DNA of 58,478 bases from Chromera velia (lineage: Eukaryota), in the NCBI GenBank assembly GCA_018398765.1, contig JAHBMJ010000040.1, positions 1 through 58,478 of the forward strand, in the 5' to 3' direction. A model generated the notes under the pieces. That model worked only from the letters and a program-made list of their open reading frames with translations, was not told the origin of the DNA and did no database searches. Within the stretch, counting starts at the first letter, position 1; every line of letters begins with the position of its first letter. Of this stretch, positions 24,894 to 37,677 are shown one piece after another. Position numbers and translations under genes: made by a program.

Positions 24894-26033
24894 TTCAAAT
24901 CCACGATTTCGTCGGCCATCGCTTTTTGGCGCATTCTGCTTGTGCATTCGTTCCTCACATTCTTTTTGGCCCCCCCGTCCACATGCCTGCTCGTATTGTT
25001 GTCGGAGACTACACACAACTGCATGTGCACACAATGAATGCAGGTGTCGGTTCGTGTGACCACAAAGAGTGGGAGACGAAAGGGCGCGATCGAGGAGAAG
25101 AAGGCAGCCGCCGTTGCACAGGCACACGCCACGTCAGAGGCCCTCAGGCTGGCTGCCTCTCAGGAGGCTTCGGGCGTCCTTCAACTGAAGGAACAGACTC
25201 ACCAGCTCCAGGCCCTTTTCGGTCTCCCCCATCCCCCCAAACGGGTGGAGGCTTTCGACATCAGCCACACTGCAGGAGACGAGACTATGGCTTCTCGGGT
25301 CGTCTTCATTGACGGTGTGCCTTCAAAGAAGCACTACAGAGTGTACAGAATCAGAACACTCCAACCCGGGCAGATCGATGATTACAGTGCCATCACGGAA
25401 GTCATGGCACGCAGGTTTCGGAGAAGGGGGATGGAAGAGGGGGATGAAATTCCTGACGTCGTGCTGATTGACGGGGGAAAGGGGCAGCTGTCTGCAGCCC
25501 TGAAGGGAATGGAACAAGCCGGCGTTCCGCATGTCCCCTTCGTTAGTGAGAATGACAAAGACAAAGGCGGGACGGAGAAAACGACACCAAAAGCACAATC
25601 GCAGACACAGCGCCCCTTCGTCTGTTCACTCGCCAAGAGACTGGAGGAAGTATTTGTTCCAGGGCGTTCGATTCCGGTTGCGGTAGGCTTGACGGAGGCG
25701 GGGGGCGAGAGGGACGGTGCGTGGAGTGAAGGGCTTCGCTTGTTGCGGAGAGCGCGTGATGAGTGTCACAGGTTTGCCTTGAAGGCTCATCGCAGCAGGA
25801 GAACCAAGAAAGCGGGTGTTGGTACAAAGAAATCGGTGCAAGAGTTGAAGAGAGACAAGGCAGGTTTGAGAACGATCTCAAAATCCTCGTCTCGAAAGCA
25901 GACGAAAGCGGTACAGACTCAGACAAAACCTCGCCTGAGGGCAAGTTTCAGGAAGGAGACGGTCCACCCCGGAGCGATATCCGTAAATAAAGACAATGTG
26001 CGCAAACGGAAAAAAGCAGTACCTGTGACATAA
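16915..26033 (+). CDS. uvrB-uvrC: UvrB-UvrC fusion excinuclease with N-terminal signal + transit-peptide-like leader (7 exons, 1586 aa)
   Basis: Exons 16915-17275, 17457-18350, 20951-21243, 21712-21862, 22086-23455, 23716-24417 and 25044-26033 are all GT-AG, phase-compatible, and total 4761 nt. UvrB motifs: [104 protein letters not shown]. UvrC motifs: LPDSPGVY...[69 protein letters not shown]. Confidence 0.95.
18351..20790. repeat. About 2.4-kb compound (TTTC)n/(TC)n polypyrimidine tract filling intron 2 of uvrB-uvrC
   Basis: Almost pure C/T on the + strand, with recurring higher-order blocks marked by rare G (TTTGTTC, TTTCGTT, TTTGCTTCC). Confidence 0.95.
24488..24896. repeat. (TTTC)n tract in intron 6 of uvrB-uvrC
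   Basis: Directly visible. Confidence 0.95.
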
Positions 26034-26765
26034 GTTCCGAGTCGAGTATAAGTTAGAGAGAATCACCCAAATCGGTACATCACAAAACATGGTCCGGTTA
26101 AAGTCGATCGTTTAAGTCCAAAAAATTATCAGTATCAGTATTCGAATTATTTTTAAATTAAAAACTGGAGAAAGTGGAAAGACTAAGGAATTTAGAGCAG
26201 TAATTTTGGGGAATTTAAAAAAATAGAATGACAGTTTACAGTAACTATAAACAGGACTGTCATATTTTAATCAGCTGAATTTATTAGAATTTATGACATA
26301 TACTTGCTATATCTAGCAGACTGTTAAGTGTTATTAAATGTATCCATGTTTGTCGGCAGTTGCAATGGTTTGTCGGCAGTTGTAAGAAATGTATGTGTCA
26401 TGGTGGGATATGTTGTTGCATGTATGCGTGCATGATGTCAAGTAATGTGCATGAATGTATGATGCAAGGCGGGCGTCAAATAACTGGTACGCAGGTCTAG
26501 GGCTCCGGCCCCGAATACAATGTAATCCTATAATGCTGTAACTAGCTCTAAATTGCCTCTAATCCTAGCTCTAATCATAATTCATGACTTTGTACGTATT
26601 AAGTGCCTGGAACATCAATGCTATGCTATACTATGCTACTAGTCATATTTAGAGACTATATAATCTTACACATAATATAGTATGATTAGTATCACATGCA
26701 GCTGACACTGTATGCTAGGCTGCATGACATTGATGATTGATGACAACATACTCATACGATACAGC

Positions 26766-27307
26766 TACACTGTGCTGTTAGGTCCACACAGTTAGGAGTA
26801 ACCAACTTAGTTTGGTTACCAAGGTGGCCGTTAGACCGCTCGGTAACCATTTTCATGGTTACGGTAATCCTGCAGAGTCACATTGATTACTGTTGTTTCG
26901 GTAACCAAAACAGTGGTAATCGTTCTTTTAAGCAAAACAAATTAGTGGGTGAATCGAGTACCAAAGATAGATTTATTGTAAAGTTCTCTTATGTCTAGAA
27001 ATATGTGTAAGTATATCATGATGTAAGTTAAAGTTAAGTTCTTGGTATTATAGAAACAAGTTAGACAAAAAAAATTTAAAAATAATCTTTTTTAATTACG
27101 TTATACTGTACTCGTACATAGTTTTTAAAGATGCGTTTCTCCTATATTAAATCTCGATGCAACACATTTATGGGCAGATACAGCCAGATTACCGCGGTAG
27201 TGGTAATCCCCTCAGACCCCCCTAGTTACCAAGTTTTGGTTACCAATTTGATGGTAACCAAAAGCTTTCTGAGAAGGGCCGATAGTTACTCCTAACAGCA
27301 CAGTGTA
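26766..27307. mobile_element. hAT-type MITE, family B (542 bp)
   Basis: Perfect 17-bp TIR TACACTGTGCTGTTAGG / CCTAACAGCACAGTGTA. Perfect 8-bp TSD GATACAGC at 26758-26765 and 27308-27315. Multiple subterminal GGTTACC/GGTAACC motifs at both ends. Confidence 0.9.
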
Positions 27308-28124
27308 GATACAGCCGTCGGATAATATAGAGTGATTCTAGCTGACAGCTACCACTGAGGACAGGTTGGCTGGGTCTCGCTGGCAGGTGGTAGTGATCCA
27401 TATGCTGTTATACATAAGATTCACAACAGCGTGGCAGTCTGTTTGCTACCACGAAGAGGCAACGTGGCAGGGCCAAGTTCGCACCCAGGCAACTTGAAGC
27501 AGTTTCGATCAAGGAATGCTGATCGAATGAATGAGATTCTCAGTGAGTCAGACAGTGAGAAAATTGAAAGCAATCCAAGCCGAGCTCTGTATGACACAGT
27601 GCAGCCACATGTGCATCCTGTGCAGTGCCAAACTGCACATGCACTGACACGGGCACTCACGATTGTGAACACATAGGAAGAACTGCAGAAAAAAGTTCCC
27701 ATTGAACTAAATATACAGCTTTGAACCTAGCTTTGAACTTTCTTTACGTAAACATACCAGCAGGACCTCCGTATCCGGCCGCCGCGCAGCCACAAGGATT
27801 GTGTGACTGCGAGAGGGACTAGACAAAAAAAGAAATGAAAGATGAAGAGACACGATCGGCCGGCGCTCCGTCGTTCAGTCTAAAAAGCGCTCTCACCCAT
27901 GCATGCACCAGGGAGGGAAGCGCTGCGTGCACGCATACAGGCAGAAAGAAAGATTGATCCTACAGGTACAGTACAGTGATGACACCAAGTGATCCGTTGA
28001 ATCGGTTTTCCAAGGGGGAACTGTATGGAGGCATGCGCACCAACAAACCGGAGTGCATGCTGAAGAACATCCAAGCAAGAAATCGAATTAAGCCATCGAA
28101 ACATCTCTCCAAGATCTCATGTAC

Positions 28125-28155
<31 letters not shown>

Positions 28156-28778
28156 GAGAGAAAGAGAGGCTAGTTAGTTAAGTTATCAAACACGTGATGT
28201 TCATCCACCTCGCCCAGACACATTCATGAATGCAGACAGTAAGACACGGTTGCAGGCTTCTTCTTCCTCCTCCCTTAGTACACAACCAATCGATCGATCG
28301 AGGGAAGGCAGGGGTCTGTCTGTCTCTCTTGAAGCACGCCTTCGATCTCCCAACTAGTCACCAAACACCCCCCCGCCCTCCTGCCTGCATGCCTGCAGGA
28401 AGAAAGAAGAACCACCACTTCATATCTCTGACCAGAAAGAAGTCTCCCTCCATCCCGACTGAAACGAGGGACTCTTCCCTCCCACAGACCTTCACCTTCC
28501 CTCTTACCCCAACCTCTCTTTCCTACCTTTTTCATTCTCGGCTTACCCCAACAGCTTACATTGCCCGCCTCCTTGCCAACTTGCAAGAAGACGGTCTGTC
28601 TCTTCGCTAGAAAGAATAGAGAGGGACACGCGGAACGGTTCCCTCGTGACCCTCTCCCCCCTTTTCCCCTTCCCTTCCCCTTTCTTCAACACCCTTCTCA
28701 GAAACCCCGACCGAATCACACATCCTAATTCTACCCCCGCCCTTCATAAATACTCTCTCCAACCCCGCCTCCTTTAAA

Positions 28779-29724
28779 TTAAAAGTCGCGTTCAGGAAAG
28801 ACAATCGGAGCAACGAGGGTCCACAGGTACAACAGCAACACCGCCCACGTACCGCAAATCTGGACCCAGAACACCGACCACCCCCTCCCATACATCTCTG
28901 CAGACCCCAATTTCCAGTTTGAACACAACATGGTAATGTAGAAAGACGCTGTGACCATGACGAAATTGAACCACAAAAGAGACTCAAAAGAGTCATTCCC
29001 TGCTGCCCCCCCTCCTCCTTGAAGTGCTGTAGATGTTCCTGTCTCTTCGTCCCCCTCCTCGCCTGACTTATCCCCCACATCCACCACGTTCGTTTCTCTC
29101 TGCGAGTCTGCTGCAGGAGGGGACGAGTTTGCCCCGTTCACATGGAACAAATCAGGCTGGGAGGCCAACGAATACGAAGACCAACCCAGGGACAAACTCG
29201 CCAAGATCAGACCCAACGCCAGACGCCACCCTGAGTCCTTCGCCTCCTCGTCTCTGTAGTCAGGAGAAGCCACCACGGCAGCCCACGTAGTGAAGGTCGT
29301 GTAAGCCATCACGCACGCACTGGTCAGCAGGCTGCCGTGGGGGCACCACGGAGTGGCAGCAAAGACCGCCAAGAGCAGTCCGACAACGAACGTGACGGAG
29401 TTCACCCACTTTGACAGGGTGGCAGTGTAGTAGACGTAAATCAATGCAACACCCGTCCAGCTGCTGAGAACAAGAATGACTGATCCCGCAATCAGCAGGA
29501 CCAGCCAAACAGTCTTCTCCGTCTCTTGATACTTCTCTACCAGACTTTCATTGATCGTGTATGCAAAATCCACGATGGAGACCAGCTGGATGATGATGAA
29601 GATGAACGACAGGTATACGCAGGCTTCCGAAAAACCGTCAAACACAGAGTTGGGCACAAACATCCACACCATCGTTAAGATCGGAAGCAGAACAAACTTC
29701 AGAGCCCAGGCATTCCTGCGCGCG

Positions 29725-29779
<55 letters not shown>

Positions 29780-30880
29780 CAAAGGTGGAAAAATGAAGCC
29801 AGTGCGAAGGGAATCACTTCCATGAACAACGAAAAGAGAGCCGAACGATGGACACGGAGATGGATCGATTCAGCAGTCGATGGAGGTATATTGAGGGTTG
29901 GGAGGCAGTGACAATGAAGGACAATTGAGAGCACAGACACTCATTGGTTAGTAGAAGCGCGCCATAGACTCAGACACCCAGAAAGGGAGAGGGGAGGGGG
30001 GGAGAGAGGGAGGGGGAGACTGCACCAGCAGACGAGCCACCGACATCCGCCTCGACGCGACGCTTTCAGCCCCAGCCCTACCACCCTCAACATGCAGACA
30101 TACAGATCATACTCTGCGTCCAAACTTCAGACAGACAGACGAACAGACCTGTGAATTCCGTTGGCTGCCTGCTTGCCGAGCAAGGAGAAGAGAAACGCGA
30201 TTGTGGCAAGGGTTGTCACTGCACGCAGCAGGAGCACACGAAGGAAGAGAGATGAGAAATGAATAGAGAGAGGGCAGTGCAAGTGGTGGTAAAGCAAAAA
30301 GGCTGCCACTTGAGAGGGCTTCAAAGCTTTGACTTCGTTGGTTTACCCGTCACCAACCTTCCCGTCTCCTGCACATATGCCTTCATCACGCCTAGCTCTC
30401 TGCCCCTTGCATGGCTTCCTCACCCTCGACCACCCATGACTCACCCCCACACACCCAACTGACGTGTGAAGCCAACTCTGTACACGGCCTGGTTTCTCAG
30501 GCAGGCAGTGAACCTGGGGTCGGAGGTTCCAATCTCGTAGTCCAGACCAGCAGGCTTCTTGCAGTCAGAGACGAAACGAAGGTACGAAACCCAGGCCCAT
30601 TGCGAGAACCAATCAAAAGCATTATACCTGCACGAATACACACACACAGCGAAAGCATGGAGACCCACTGAAGCGCGAAGAAAGCAAACAAAGAAGGACA
30701 AGGACCCAACACTGACCTTAAAAGCAGTGCAAGAATGACAGCGAGAACTGAGAGCACGAAGTAGAGCTTCTTGCCCAGAGAAGCATTCACCTTACCGCAT
30801 CTTGCAAGACAAGCGAGGCACGTCACTGTGTTGCAGCAGACGTTCAACGCTGTGCACCCAGCAGATACTGCTCCTCCCAT
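28779..30880 (-). CDS. SERINC: Serine incorporator (Serinc/TDE/TMS1) family multi-pass membrane protein, 4 exons, 444 aa
   Basis: Exons 30880-30717, 30627-30464, 30218-30149 and 29715-28779 total 1335 nt in frame. Motifs: N-terminal MG...C-rich, AVYRVGF, IHRNAWALKF, FIIIQLVSIVDFAY, GSLLTSA, ASFYITMLCSNW, LYLWTLVAPIVFPERDF (typical Serinc C-terminus). Confidence 0.92.
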
Positions 30881-31408
30881 CCTAGCTCAGACAGAGAGGA
30901 ACAACAGAGCGCGCGAGACAACGAAACCTTGTTCAGCGACTTTGACACTTCAGAGGCCACTGAACGACAAACTTCAACTGTTCGAGAAAGCTAAAAAGTG
31001 TTACGCAGAGTGCTTCGAGCCAGACAAAACGGGATTGTGCTAGAAGGAAGAAGGTGATGATGCAGGACAATTGATGGGTCTTGCAGCGAAACAGATGGGA
31101 AGGCTCGCAGTAATCGTGGACCATGCAGGAGCCCCGGCAAATGTCGCTTGCAAGGTGCCCACTGCACGTCACCGCACTGAGAAAACTGCCCCGGCCCCGC
31201 TAAATCCTGCAGGCCTTCCGCGGGACCGCACTGAGGAGACTGAAACTGCGCGCGGGGCAGCTGAAGAAGAGAGAGCGAAGGCCCAATTCTGAGGAAAGGT
31301 GGTGCTCACTCCTTGTCATTCCACTCAACTTTCTCATCGTCCAGTTGCCAAATACATGCCTGTCGTGTGAGAGGAGAGCTGCTCCCGATTGTCTGGTTTT
31401 CACTCATC

Positions 31409-33532
31409 ATGAGGTCGCTCCTTGCCCTGAGTGCCTCGTGCACGTCTCTGTACCTCGCTTCGGGGTTTCAGATGAGGTGCCAGAGCCCCTCTTGCTCTGC
31501 CCCGCGCCGTCTGGTGCCTCAGGCTGCTGTCTCCTCTCTCTCTGCCACAAAGACTGCCGAGGAAGTCGCAAATGAGTTGGGAAGACCGCCTTGGATGTCG
31601 GAGGAAGCTTTCTATGATTCCAATGTGAAGAACAGTGCTGTCTTGGCTGACGCCGAACTCATCTCTGCTGTTCTAGTTGCGGGTCTTAACACTGAGCAGA
31701 GAGCAGAGTTCACTAAAGAATTGCAAAGCTTCTGGTCTCAGGGTGCGTCAATCTTCTTTCCTCTCGCCTTCTATCTTCTCGCAATTGCACTTGCCGTCTC
31801 TTCTTTGCCCTTCTTTTTGTCCTTTCAGAGACGGCTCGCATGTCCGGCCTGAAGCCCGGGTCCATCGCACTCCTTCCCGACCTTCCTGTCCAGAGAATCA
31901 CCAAGGCGTTCATGGACCAGACGCTGGAGGACTGCCTGCTGGACGCCATGGGGGCAGAGCAGCTGGAGGCTCTCATCACTTCCAAGTCCAGCTCTGAGAC
32001 AGCAAGCTCCACCGAGTGGAATGGTCTGTCGGTTTGTTTCTTCAATTGAAGGGAGGAGCTACGGGTGGGCGTAGACGGGGAATTCACATAGAAGAGTTTT
32101 AAAGAAAGGAAATCTTGGGGTTGGCCTGCAGGCTCACTAAGAGCGGAGAACTTAGGGCCAGTCAACCTTACCTTGTTTTTTTTTATTAATTCATTTGGGT
32201 CTGGAAACACAACAGCAGACGCCGACAAGCAGGAGTGCCTTTCCTGTGCCATCTCACTCACTCTCTCTCTCCCTTTGCAGACGTGGACCTTCCCCCCCTT
32301 GTGATCTTCGGAGGACTGGACGACCATCAGACGAAAAAGTGCATGAGCATCTATGAGGGGCTGCAGGCACAGGGTCCGTTGTTTTTTGGCTGTCTGACAG
32401 CTCAGTGAAAGCATCGAGGAAAGAGAAGAGACATCGTGGTTGCCCGGGGACTGCGGAGAAGTCGGATGAGCAGAAGTGACGCGGCAGTGTCTTGAGGAGA
32501 CCGTATGGAGGGGGCAGAGATACAACGCACAGTAAAGGGCAAGGAAGGGCAGGACTGGATTTTCTCTCTCCTGGCCCCTTCTGTGTTCCTTTTTTGTGGA
32601 GTGCTTTTGCGGTGCATTTCTTCGTCTTTTCCGTAGTGTACCGTATCTGTGTGGTAGAGTGGTGTGAAGGAATGGGAAGGAGGTGAAGAGAAAGATGAAG
32701 AAGAAAACCCTGCCGTCTGCCCTGTCCACCTGTCTGCATACATGCGTGCTTGCTTGCAGGCAAGCTTCCCTCCCAGAAACCCGCATTCGCAAAAGTAACG
32801 GACAAGTCGATTCGTCAGTTCCCTCCTTAGCTTCTCCTTGTTTGTTTGCTTGCTTGCTTATTTGTTTGTCTGGCCTGCGTCTTTCGTGGGTCTGGAGTCG
32901 GTTGGTTGAACGCCGAACTTTTCATTCATGTTTCCCTCTGCTTTCCTGTGGGCCCATATCTACTATCCCAATTCAGGCATCTCTTGTTTGAGGCCATCGC
33001 CGGTCTCCTCTCTCTGTGAGTCCCTTTTTTGTCAACTTCTTGGCCTTCTGCTGCCCTGGTCTGGAGAAACCCGGTAACACTTTCTCTTTCTGCACCGAAT
33101 GTTGTTTCCCTTCTTTTCCTTCTCCGCTGCACACCGGCACTCCATATTCTGGAGGATCGGTCCGAATAAAATTGTGTCATTGAATCACACTCATTCGGTT
33201 CCCTTTTTTTCCATTTCTCTCTTGAAGACACCAGTCTTCCATCGGTTTCGACTGTCTGTACTCACTCTCTATGTTCGGCTGCAGCGAAGCTTCTGAAGAG
33301 ACTGGTTGCCGACATCTTTGAGGACTACAAGGCCACCAGCAGCGATGCCTCCCTCCCTGCAAACGGTACGTGTCCGTGGTCCGCTTCAGGGCATTTCTGC
33401 GGATATTTGTACGACCGCTACGCAAATCCCCGTGCTTTGTCCTTTTTCGGTTTTCCTCTTCCATCCCTGCTGACCTCTGCCGACAAAACAACGATTCGAA
33501 GGGAAGTGTGTGTGTGTGTGTGCGCGGGCGCG

Positions 33533-33605
<73 letters not shown>

Positions 33606-36352
33606 AGCTCTGCCTCCATGCGCATCTGCATTTGAGCGTGCGCCTGTACGTGCCCTGTTTCCGCAGTCGAAGAGATGATCCGCAACAAGAACTCTCTCGA
33701 CGAAATGGATCAATTGGACAAGACCGAACAGGAGAAGTACAACTGGTCTGTCTGCCTTCCTGCCTGCCTGTCTGTCTGCCTGGATCCTCTGCCTCTCTTT
33801 CTGTCTGTTTGAGGGTCTCTCTTTCGGACCCTTTCCAGCGCTTTCGAATGTTCATCGTTCCCTGCCTTCCTTCTGGTCTCCTTCTGATCCCTTACGCATG
33901 GTGTTTTTACTCTCTCTCTTGGCGCGCTTATTAGCTCTCCATGTTGCCCCCTCCGAATCTCTTCTTTCTTCTCTCTTCCATTACCAATAATGAAATCCTC
34001 CTCATGTTTACATTCCCTTGTTCTCTTTCGTCCTCTCGTCTCTTGCCTTCCCTCCTCCTGTGTGTCCCCTGCCTGGATCGCTCTGCTTCAGGTGGGCCAA
34101 CATCCTGGAGGGAGTCGCCTTCAACCTGGGGTCAGTCGGAATTCGGTTGCTGTTCTCTTGCAATATTTCTTCTGATCTTCATCTGTCTTTGTATGAGTCA
34201 ATATGTGCATCCGCTGTCTTTCCCTTACAGGGCAGAGATCCTGGTCTTGTCTTGTTCTTGTTTTCTCGGATTTGCACCCTCTCTTTCCTTTCTGCGTTTC
34301 CTCCTCTCTTGATTCATTCATTCATTCATTCATTCATTCATGCACTCATTCATTCATTCATTCATTCATGCACTCATTCATTCATTCATGCACTCATTCA
34401 TTCATTCATTCATTCATGCACTCATTCATTTATTCATTCATTCATTCATTCATTTAGTGATTCATTCATTCATTCATTCCATTCATTGATTCATTCATTC
34501 ATTCATTCATTGAGTGATTCATTCATTCATTGATTCATTCATTCATTCATTTAGTGATTCATTCATTCATTCATTCATTCATTCATTGATTCATTTAGTG
34601 ATTCATTCATTCATTCATTCATTCGTTCATTCAGTGATTCATTCATTCATTCAGTGATTCATTCATTCATTCATTCATTCATTCAATCATTCATTCATTC
34701 ATTCATTCATTCATTCATTCATTCCTCCTTGATCGACTGATTGATTGCAGAGGAAAGGAGGACGAATGGAACGGGTATGACGCGAGGGACGCCGTGAAGG
34801 AGTGGGAGAAGGAGCAGGACATGGAAGACGCAGAGGTGGTCGACTACAAGTCCGAATACAAACAGGTCAGAAGAAAACACTGATGCATATGCGTGCAGAA
34901 GATTTTGTGAGGGAGGAATTTGGCTGCCTCATTTATCTGTGAATACGACGGGCTAAGAGCAGGTCCCGCTTTATGTCGACAAAGACTGGGTCGGAAGAAA
35001 TCACGGCCCAAGAGACGGACTGCAACTCTTTCCCTTCGAGATTGGTCTGGAATTTTGTGTGATGACCAACCGCTCAAAGCATCTGGGGGATCCGAAGGGG
35101 GGGGGGGAGTCGAATGGGTCACAGATGACGAGTCAGGATGAAGGGAAGCCATGAGCAGGCCCGGGTGGTTGGGCAGAGGTATGGGATCACCAGAAGTTGG
35201 AGACCTGAGAGGGACTGTCTGCATGGCATGACAAGGTGATAGCGAGACACGTCCAGGGGTCGCAAATGACACGTTTGGGCTGAGACTAGAGATGAAAGAA
35301 ACAAAAGATTCAGGAAAGGAACAGCGACGAACAAGAAAGACAGAGAGACCATGACACTGAAATGACAGGCTGACTCTCTCCTTTCTCCCCTGCTTTTCCT
35401 CTCCCCCCCCCCCCNNNNNNNNNNNNNNNNNNNNNNNNNNNNNNNNNNNNNNNNNNNNNNNNNNNNNNNNNNNNNNNNNNNNNNNNNNNNNNNNNNNNNN
35501 NNNNNNNNNNNNNNNNNNNNNNNNNNNNNNNNNNNNNNNNNNNNNNNNNNNNNNNNNNNNNNNNNNNNNNNNNNNNNNNNNNNNNNNNNNNNNNNNNNNN
35601 NNNNNNNNNNNNNNNNNNNNNNNNNNNNNNNNNNNNNNNNNNNNNNNNNNNNNNNNNNNNNNNNNNNNNNNNNNNNNNNNNNNNCCCCCCCCCCTTGTTG
35701 GACGTGTTTGCAGTCGAAATTTCTGAGAAACTATCTGGCACAGATTCAGAAGAGCGCAGAGTCGAAGAGATACCCTGGTACGTTCTTCATCAGGTTTTTG
35801 CCCTTTTTCGTTTTTCGTGTTCTTCGACGGTGTGGGTCTGCTTGAATGAGGGAGTGAGGTAGTGTGTTCGCGCTCGCGTGGGTGTGCGTTCGTGCGTGCC
35901 TGCGTGCGTGGTCTTCCTTCATGCCTTCCGATCGTTACCACTTCCGGGCTTTCCTCTCATCAACTTTTCTTTGTACTGTCGTTTATCGAGAGCCGTCGAA
36001 ATTCCGTCAATGAAACAAGACTCTCAGCGATTTGAAACGCTCCTCGAGAGCAGAAAATGGCTCGAGCTATGGTCAGTGCTCGGAGATCCATTTCTTTCAA
36101 ATCCCTCCCATCGAATTCCGGCTTCGTATGAGAGACTCCACGTGTTGTGTGTATCATTTCCTTCCTTCCTGTGCAGCTCTGAGTCACAAAGACGTGGAGG
36201 GTCTGAAGCGCATGGGGCTTGCTGACTACGAGTTTGCCCGTTACGAGAGGGAGTACGTGGGTGAGAGGCAGAGAATGCTGTCGGAGGCAGACTCAAGCTT
36301 TCGGGAAGAGACCTCTCTGGAAGACTCGGGAATCTCGATGGCTTCTGACTGA
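31409..36352 (+). CDS. Putative plastid-targeted protein with a DUF3783-like domain (one exon probably lost in the N gap)
   Basis: Exons 31409-31742, 31829-32023, 32281-32373, 32760-32813, 33285-33365, 33667-33745, 34092-34130 and 34751-34865 join in frame. The last exon 36177-36352 needs a phase-changing exon, likely in the gap at 35415-35683. Leader MRSLLALSASCTSLYLASG/FQMR.... LVIFGGLD...PAFAKVTDKS...LKRLVADIFEDY resembles DUF3783 (recognised from memory, not searched). Confidence 0.65.
34310..34725. repeat. (CATT)n microsatellite in an intron
   Basis: Directly visible ~415-bp imperfect CATT array. Confidence 0.95.
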
Positions 36353-37146
36353 GTGAACAGACAGAGGCAGAGGGTGACAGTGTGATTCAGTAAAGTAAAC
36401 TAAACTAACGATGGTGGGAGTGCACAGCAAGAAGCGAGGGTGCTTTCAGTCGTGGTTCTCGCCATGGTGGGCATTTCTTCTTTGAGCTGTTCACAGGGGC
36501 GTGGGGTGGGCTGTCTTGGGATGGGGGGGNNNNNNNNNNNNNNNNNNNNNNNNNNNNNNNNNNNNNNNNNNNNNNNNNNNNNNNNNNNNTTTTGTCTTGC
36601 TCTGAGGGTTGGGGCGGGGGGGGTTTTCGTGGCGCCAGGCTTTTCTTCGTGAAGCTGTGTATGCTGGGCCTGCTCGGCTTCCATCTCTTGTGAGTGTCGG
36701 GGATGAGAACGGGGTGGGCCTGGAACCTTCCTGCACCCGTGTATGCTTTTTTTGAATGAATGGATGAATGAATGAATGAGAACTATCAGTTCTGCTTTTT
36801 TAGGTTGGCCGTATGAATGTTTGTGTGCGCACGGTCTGCATGTTGCCTGATTCGTTCATGTGCGGAGAGGGATCTCGCTTTGCTTCCATAGTCTCCGTAT
36901 CTACCTGCCTGCCTGCCTGCGTGCCTGTATGGAATGAGAGAGCGAGGAGGGGGCGTCGCCTCTCTCCGTGCGGTGTATGTTTCCTTTCAGACTGCTTTTT
37001 TGGTGTTTTTTTGATTTTTCAACTGTACGAAAATCTAGAAGAAAAGGAATGTATTTGTATGCACAAACCATGTAGCGAACGATTAGATGAATGAATTGAC
37101 TCGGAATATGAATTGATCCAGAAATTTGCGGGCGCGATTCGGTGCG

Positions 37147-37677
37147 TAGTGACCAGATTTGATTTGATAGGATTTAATTTGATTTGATTTGAGCTTCAAG
37201 CTCAAATCTGACCAGATTTGAGGTAGATTTGAGGTTGAAGTCTAGAGGTCACTCTCGACAGCACTGAAGACGACATGATACAGTCGACACCACTAGCAAA
37301 TCCTAGAAAGCCCTAGAGACAAGAAAATCACTAAAAATTAGATTAAAAGCTAAATTAAGACTCTCAAAATTAATGAGCTATTGTCAAAGCTAAAAGTTTA
37401 CATAAGTTTTTATCTTAGAGTTATTATAGAGAGTCATCTTAATTTAAGACTTGAGTTATGATGATGATGATGATGATGATTGAGGGTTAAATCCTAGATC
37501 TAGCAACGCCAGATCCCAAGCCACTAACAAGGCTTATCATAGAGATTTGAGGTTAAAGGGTCAGATTTGAAGTAGATTTGATAGGATTTGATAGGCCCTA
37601 TCATGCTAAAGTTTCTCAGGCCTAAGATTTGATTTAAGGTTAAGCCTTACTTCAAATCAAATCAAATCTGGTTACTA
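37147..37677. mobile_element. hAT-type MITE, family C (531 bp)
   Basis: TIR TAGTGACCAGATTTGATTTGAT / ATCAAATCAAATCTGGTTACTA. 8-bp TSD TCGGTGCG / TCGGTATG with two transition mismatches. Many internal GATTTGA motifs. Confidence 0.8.

Noticed and set aside
16915..26033. Bacterial contaminant or adjacent separate uvrB and uvrC genes
   Set aside because: Spliceosomal introns interrupt conserved motifs (Walker A is split by intron 1), and the B-C junction is stop-free inside one exon.
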